Shown here: in pieces, positions 63,318 to 64,000 of the stretch | Position numbering within the stretch: position 1 is the first letter of the stretch | How the letters are laid out: each line of letters begins with the position of its first letter | NCBI GenBank assembly: GCA_964409365.1 | Contig: CAYPCX010000003.1 | Span: forward strand, 84,577 to 148,576 | Direction: 5' to 3' | From: an uncultured Planctomycetia bacterium | Lineage (GTDB): Bacteria > Omnitrophota > Gorgyraeia > Tantalellales > Tantalellaceae | DNA length: 64,000 nucleotides | Notes under the pieces: model-generated | The model's input: only the letters and a program-made list of their open reading frames with translations | What the model was told of the DNA's origin: nothing | The model's database searches: none | Program-made: the position numbers and the translations under genes

Positions 63318-64000
63318 ATGAAATCTAACAAAATTACTTGGCCGGTTTTGATCATTTCAGCACAATTTAATGCAACGAATGATGAAGGCTTCCGGCTGAG
63401 GGAGCTGGAAGAGGAACTTACAGAGGTCTGGCATTGCAGCGTTATCCCTTCTTTCAGTTATGAAGACGGGTATGAGGTGTTCCGGTCGAGGTCCGATTTC
63501 GGGTGTATAGTCATCGACTGGGATATACCCAAAGAAACCCCCAAAGAAAAGATCTCTCCCATGCAGATCGTAAGACTTATGCGGGAAAGGCATAAAAAAA
63601 TCCCGATACTGCTTTTGACCGGACGCATGGAAACGGGAAAGATCCCGGCGGAGACACTTGAAGATATTAACGAATGTCTCTGGAAGACCGCGGATACGAT
63701 CCAGTTCCTGGCAGGGAGGATAGACAGGCATATTGTAGAATATATTAAAGGAGTATATCCTCCCTTTTTCGGAGAGCTTGTCGAGTATGCCAGTGAATTC
63801 AAGTACGCGTGGCACACCCCGGGCCATATGGGCGGCACAGGGTTCTTGAGGTCCCCCGCGGGCGCCGCATTTTTCAAGTTTTTCGGTGAGAACATGCTCA
63901 GGTCCGATCTTTCCATCTCGGTGCCTGAACTCGGGTCTCTTTTGGACCACAGCGGGGTAACGGGCGAGGCGGAAAAAAACTCCGCAAAGGTCTTCGGGGC
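63318..64000 (+). CDS. Orn/Lys/Arg decarboxylase, large biodegradative type (CadA/LdcI-like), 3'-truncated by window edge
   Basis: Own translation: N-terminal wing domain then AWHTPGHMGGTGFLRSPAGAAFFKFFGENMLRSDLSISVPELGSLLDHSGV, near-identical pattern to E. coli CadA (TPGHMGG...SVSELGSLLDHSG). Not in the ORF track because no stop is reached. Confidence 0.85.
   Translation, partial: MKSNKITWPVLIISAQFNATNDEGFRLRELEEELTEVWHCSVIPSFSYEDGYEVFRSRSDFGCIVIDWDIPKETPKEKISPMQIVRLMRERHKKIPILLLTGRMETGKIPAETLEDINECLWKTADTIQFLAGRIDRHIVEYIKGVYPPFFGELVEYASEFKYAWHTPGHMGGTGFLRSPAGAAFFKFFGENMLRSDLSISVPELGSLLDHSGVTGEAEKNSAKVFG

Noticed and set aside
1-64000. CRISPR arrays, tRNA/rRNA genes, integrase or transposase genes
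   Set aside because: No regularly spaced direct repeats were seen. No tRNA-like GGTTCGAATCC/T-loop signatures were found in any intergenic region. No recombinase motifs (tyrosine or serine recombinase, DDE) in any frame.

Overview
This 64-kb window reads as a chromosomal segment of a moderately GC-rich (~58-60%) Gram-negative-type bacterium, probably uncultivated. It has no rRNA, tRNA or CRISPR array. Coding density is high on both strands, and many antisense ORFs in the six-frame track are GC artefacts.

Recognisable content, in order:
- the 3' end of a P-type cation ATPase;
- an ECF sigma / zinc-finger anti-sigma / CpxP-Spy-like periplasmic module;
- an SF2 helicase carrying an uncharacterised N-terminal domain, followed by a PPC/DUF296 gene;
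- secreted and lipoprotein genes;
- a Na+/H+-type antiporter;
- an OprB porin - malQ - GPH sugar symporter locus;
- an amino-acid permease fused to a PtsN-like EIIA domain;
- NMO/FabK-like, GuaA PP-loop, prmA, cNMP-patatin, a cold-shock protein and an RRM protein;
- a glpK plus three-component GlpA-like glycerol-3-phosphate dehydrogenase cluster;
- a partner-switching locus (STAS antagonist; Cache-HAMP-PP2C-HATPase);
- three tandem alpha/beta-hydrolase paralogs;
- TrkAH;
- the 5' part of a CadA-like lysine/ornithine decarboxylase.

The most interesting signals:
1. A family of five conserved bipartite promoter motifs, sigma-E-like in architecture: (G)GAAC/GTTTT-N16-GTCTAA-NNN-AGTGAG. Copies lie upstream of the ECF sigma gene itself, of the CpxP-like gene, of a glycine-zipper lipoprotein gene 50 kb away, and of two duplicated ORF6N-domain genes.
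2. A lower-GC island (~56.0-61.95 kb). It carries a radical-SAM/SPASM enzyme with an RRE-like N-terminus, with a 25-aa Cys-Cys peptide ORF just upstream (possible RiPP system). It also has two ~600-bp homologous ORF6N modules bracketing an isochorismatase / flavodoxin-ferredoxin / PIN cassette.
3. The helicase + PPC pair.
4. A 15-bp-arm palindromic repeat present in 2.5 copies.
5. An alpha/beta-hydrolase paralog that has lost its nucleophilic serine.

Every functional call rests on motif-level reading of the translations. No database search was possible.
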